In this document: positions 53,619 to 54,302 of the stretch, piece by piece
Position numbering within the stretch: the stretch's first letter is position 1
Layout of the letters: every line of letters starts with the position of its first letter
From: a virus
Taxonomy: Duplodnaviria > Caudoviricetes
IMG/VR virus record: IMGVR_UViG_3300044724_008989
Location: 1 to 54,302 of that record
Strand: one strand, 5' to 3'
DNA: 54,302 nucleotides
The notes under the pieces: generated by a model
Database searches by the model: none
The model's input: the letters and a program-made list of their open reading frames with translations, nothing else
What the model was told of the DNA's origin: nothing
Position numbers and translations under genes: made by a program

Positions 53619-54302
53619 ATGTTATCTGAACAACTTATCGAGAAGTGGCAGCCAGTACTCGATCACGGCGACCTTGGCGACATTAAGGACGCTCATCGTC
53701 GAGCTGTAACTGCTCAACTTCTGGAAAACCAAGAGCGATCAGCTCGCGAGCAAGCAATGGGTTCTGGTGGATACTCAATGCCATCGCTGTTGGGAGAAGC
53801 TTCTCCAACTAATGCGATGGGTGGTTCTTCCGCTCCTGCTACTTCGCCTGCTGGTAACGTAGACCTTTTTGATCCAGTACTGATCTCACTGGTACGACGA
53901 TCAATGCCAAACTTGATTGCTTACGACGTATGTGGTGTGCAGCCAATGACTGGTCCTACTGGACTGATCTTTGCAATGCGCGCTCGATACTCTGGCCAAG
54001 CTGGTACAGAAGCTCTGTACAATGAAGCTGATTCTTCGTTTGGTGCTTCTGCTTCTGGTAACAACGCTTCTAAAGCTGTTATCGACGGTGAAGGTAACCC
54101 TGGTGTAGGTCAGGCTGGTACTGATCCAACTACTCGTGCAGTAGGTAACACCTACTCTGTTGAAACTGGTATGTCTACCACGGCTGCTGAAGCCCTGGGT
54201 GATGGCGCTGCCAACGCTTTCAACGAGATGGCCTTCTCAATCGAGAAAGTTGCTGTAACGGCTGTTTCACGTGCTCTGAAAGCTGAGTACACGATGGAAC
54301 TT
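53619..54302 (+). CDS. gp23: major capsid protein, 3'-truncated
   Basis: MLSEQLIEKWQPVLDH...LLENQE, FDPVLISLVRRSMPNLIAYDVCGVQPMTGPTGLIFAMR, FNEMAFSIEK..V.A.SRALKAEY. Confidence 0.98.
   Translation, partial: MLSEQLIEKWQPVLDHGDLGDIKDAHRRAVTAQLLENQERSAREQAMGSGGYSMPSLLGEASPTNAMGGSSAPATSPAGNVDLFDPVLISLVRRSMPNLIAYDVCGVQPMTGPTGLIFAMRARYSGQAGTEALYNEADSSFGASASGNNASKAVIDGEGNPGVGQAGTDPTTRAVGNTYSVETGMSTTAAEALGDGAANAFNEMAFSIEKVAVTAVSRALKAEYTMEL

Noticed and set aside
44190-54302. Introns or inteins in terminase, sheath, portal or capsid genes
   Set aside because: ORFs are continuous, of expected length, and show no splicing motifs.
1-54302. tRNA, rRNA or self-cleaving ribozymes
   Set aside because: Intergenic gaps are short; no cloverleaf or T-loop signature and no complete hammerhead, pistol or twister core found by eye.

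Overview
A 54.3-kb stretch of a T4-like (Tevenvirinae/Kyanoviridae-grade, probably aquatic) myophage genome in the standard genetic code. Layout: (1) 1-5.4 kb, a dense early-type cluster of small coupled ORFs, including an HNH and a GIY-YIG-like nuclease, an HExxH protein, a SWIM finger and a stand-alone NAD-ligase domain-Ia-like protein; (2) gp33-gp59-gp32; (3) a minus-strand block gp4-gp2-gp54-like-gp26-(gp51-like)-tape measure; (4) the plus-strand baseplate block gp48-gp53-hub-gp5-990 aa unknown-Hc1-like-gp25-gp6-gp7-gp8-VrlC-like; (5) an accessory island with a 1471-aa extremely Cys-rich Gly-rich fibre-like protein followed by a glycosyltransferase, a NodU/CmcH carbamoyltransferase and a convergent GmhB-like HAD phosphatase; (6) gp13-gp23, truncated in gp23. 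The most notable observations are a U7 slippery site predicting a -1 frameshift that fuses gp26 to the gp51-like ORF just before the tape measure gene (lambda G/GT-like logic), the Cys-rich fibre with its adjacent modification cassette and duplicated 46-bp hairpin leader, and a hairpin plus H-type pseudoknot RNA after gene 32. All homology calls come from motif recognition and synteny; no searches were run.
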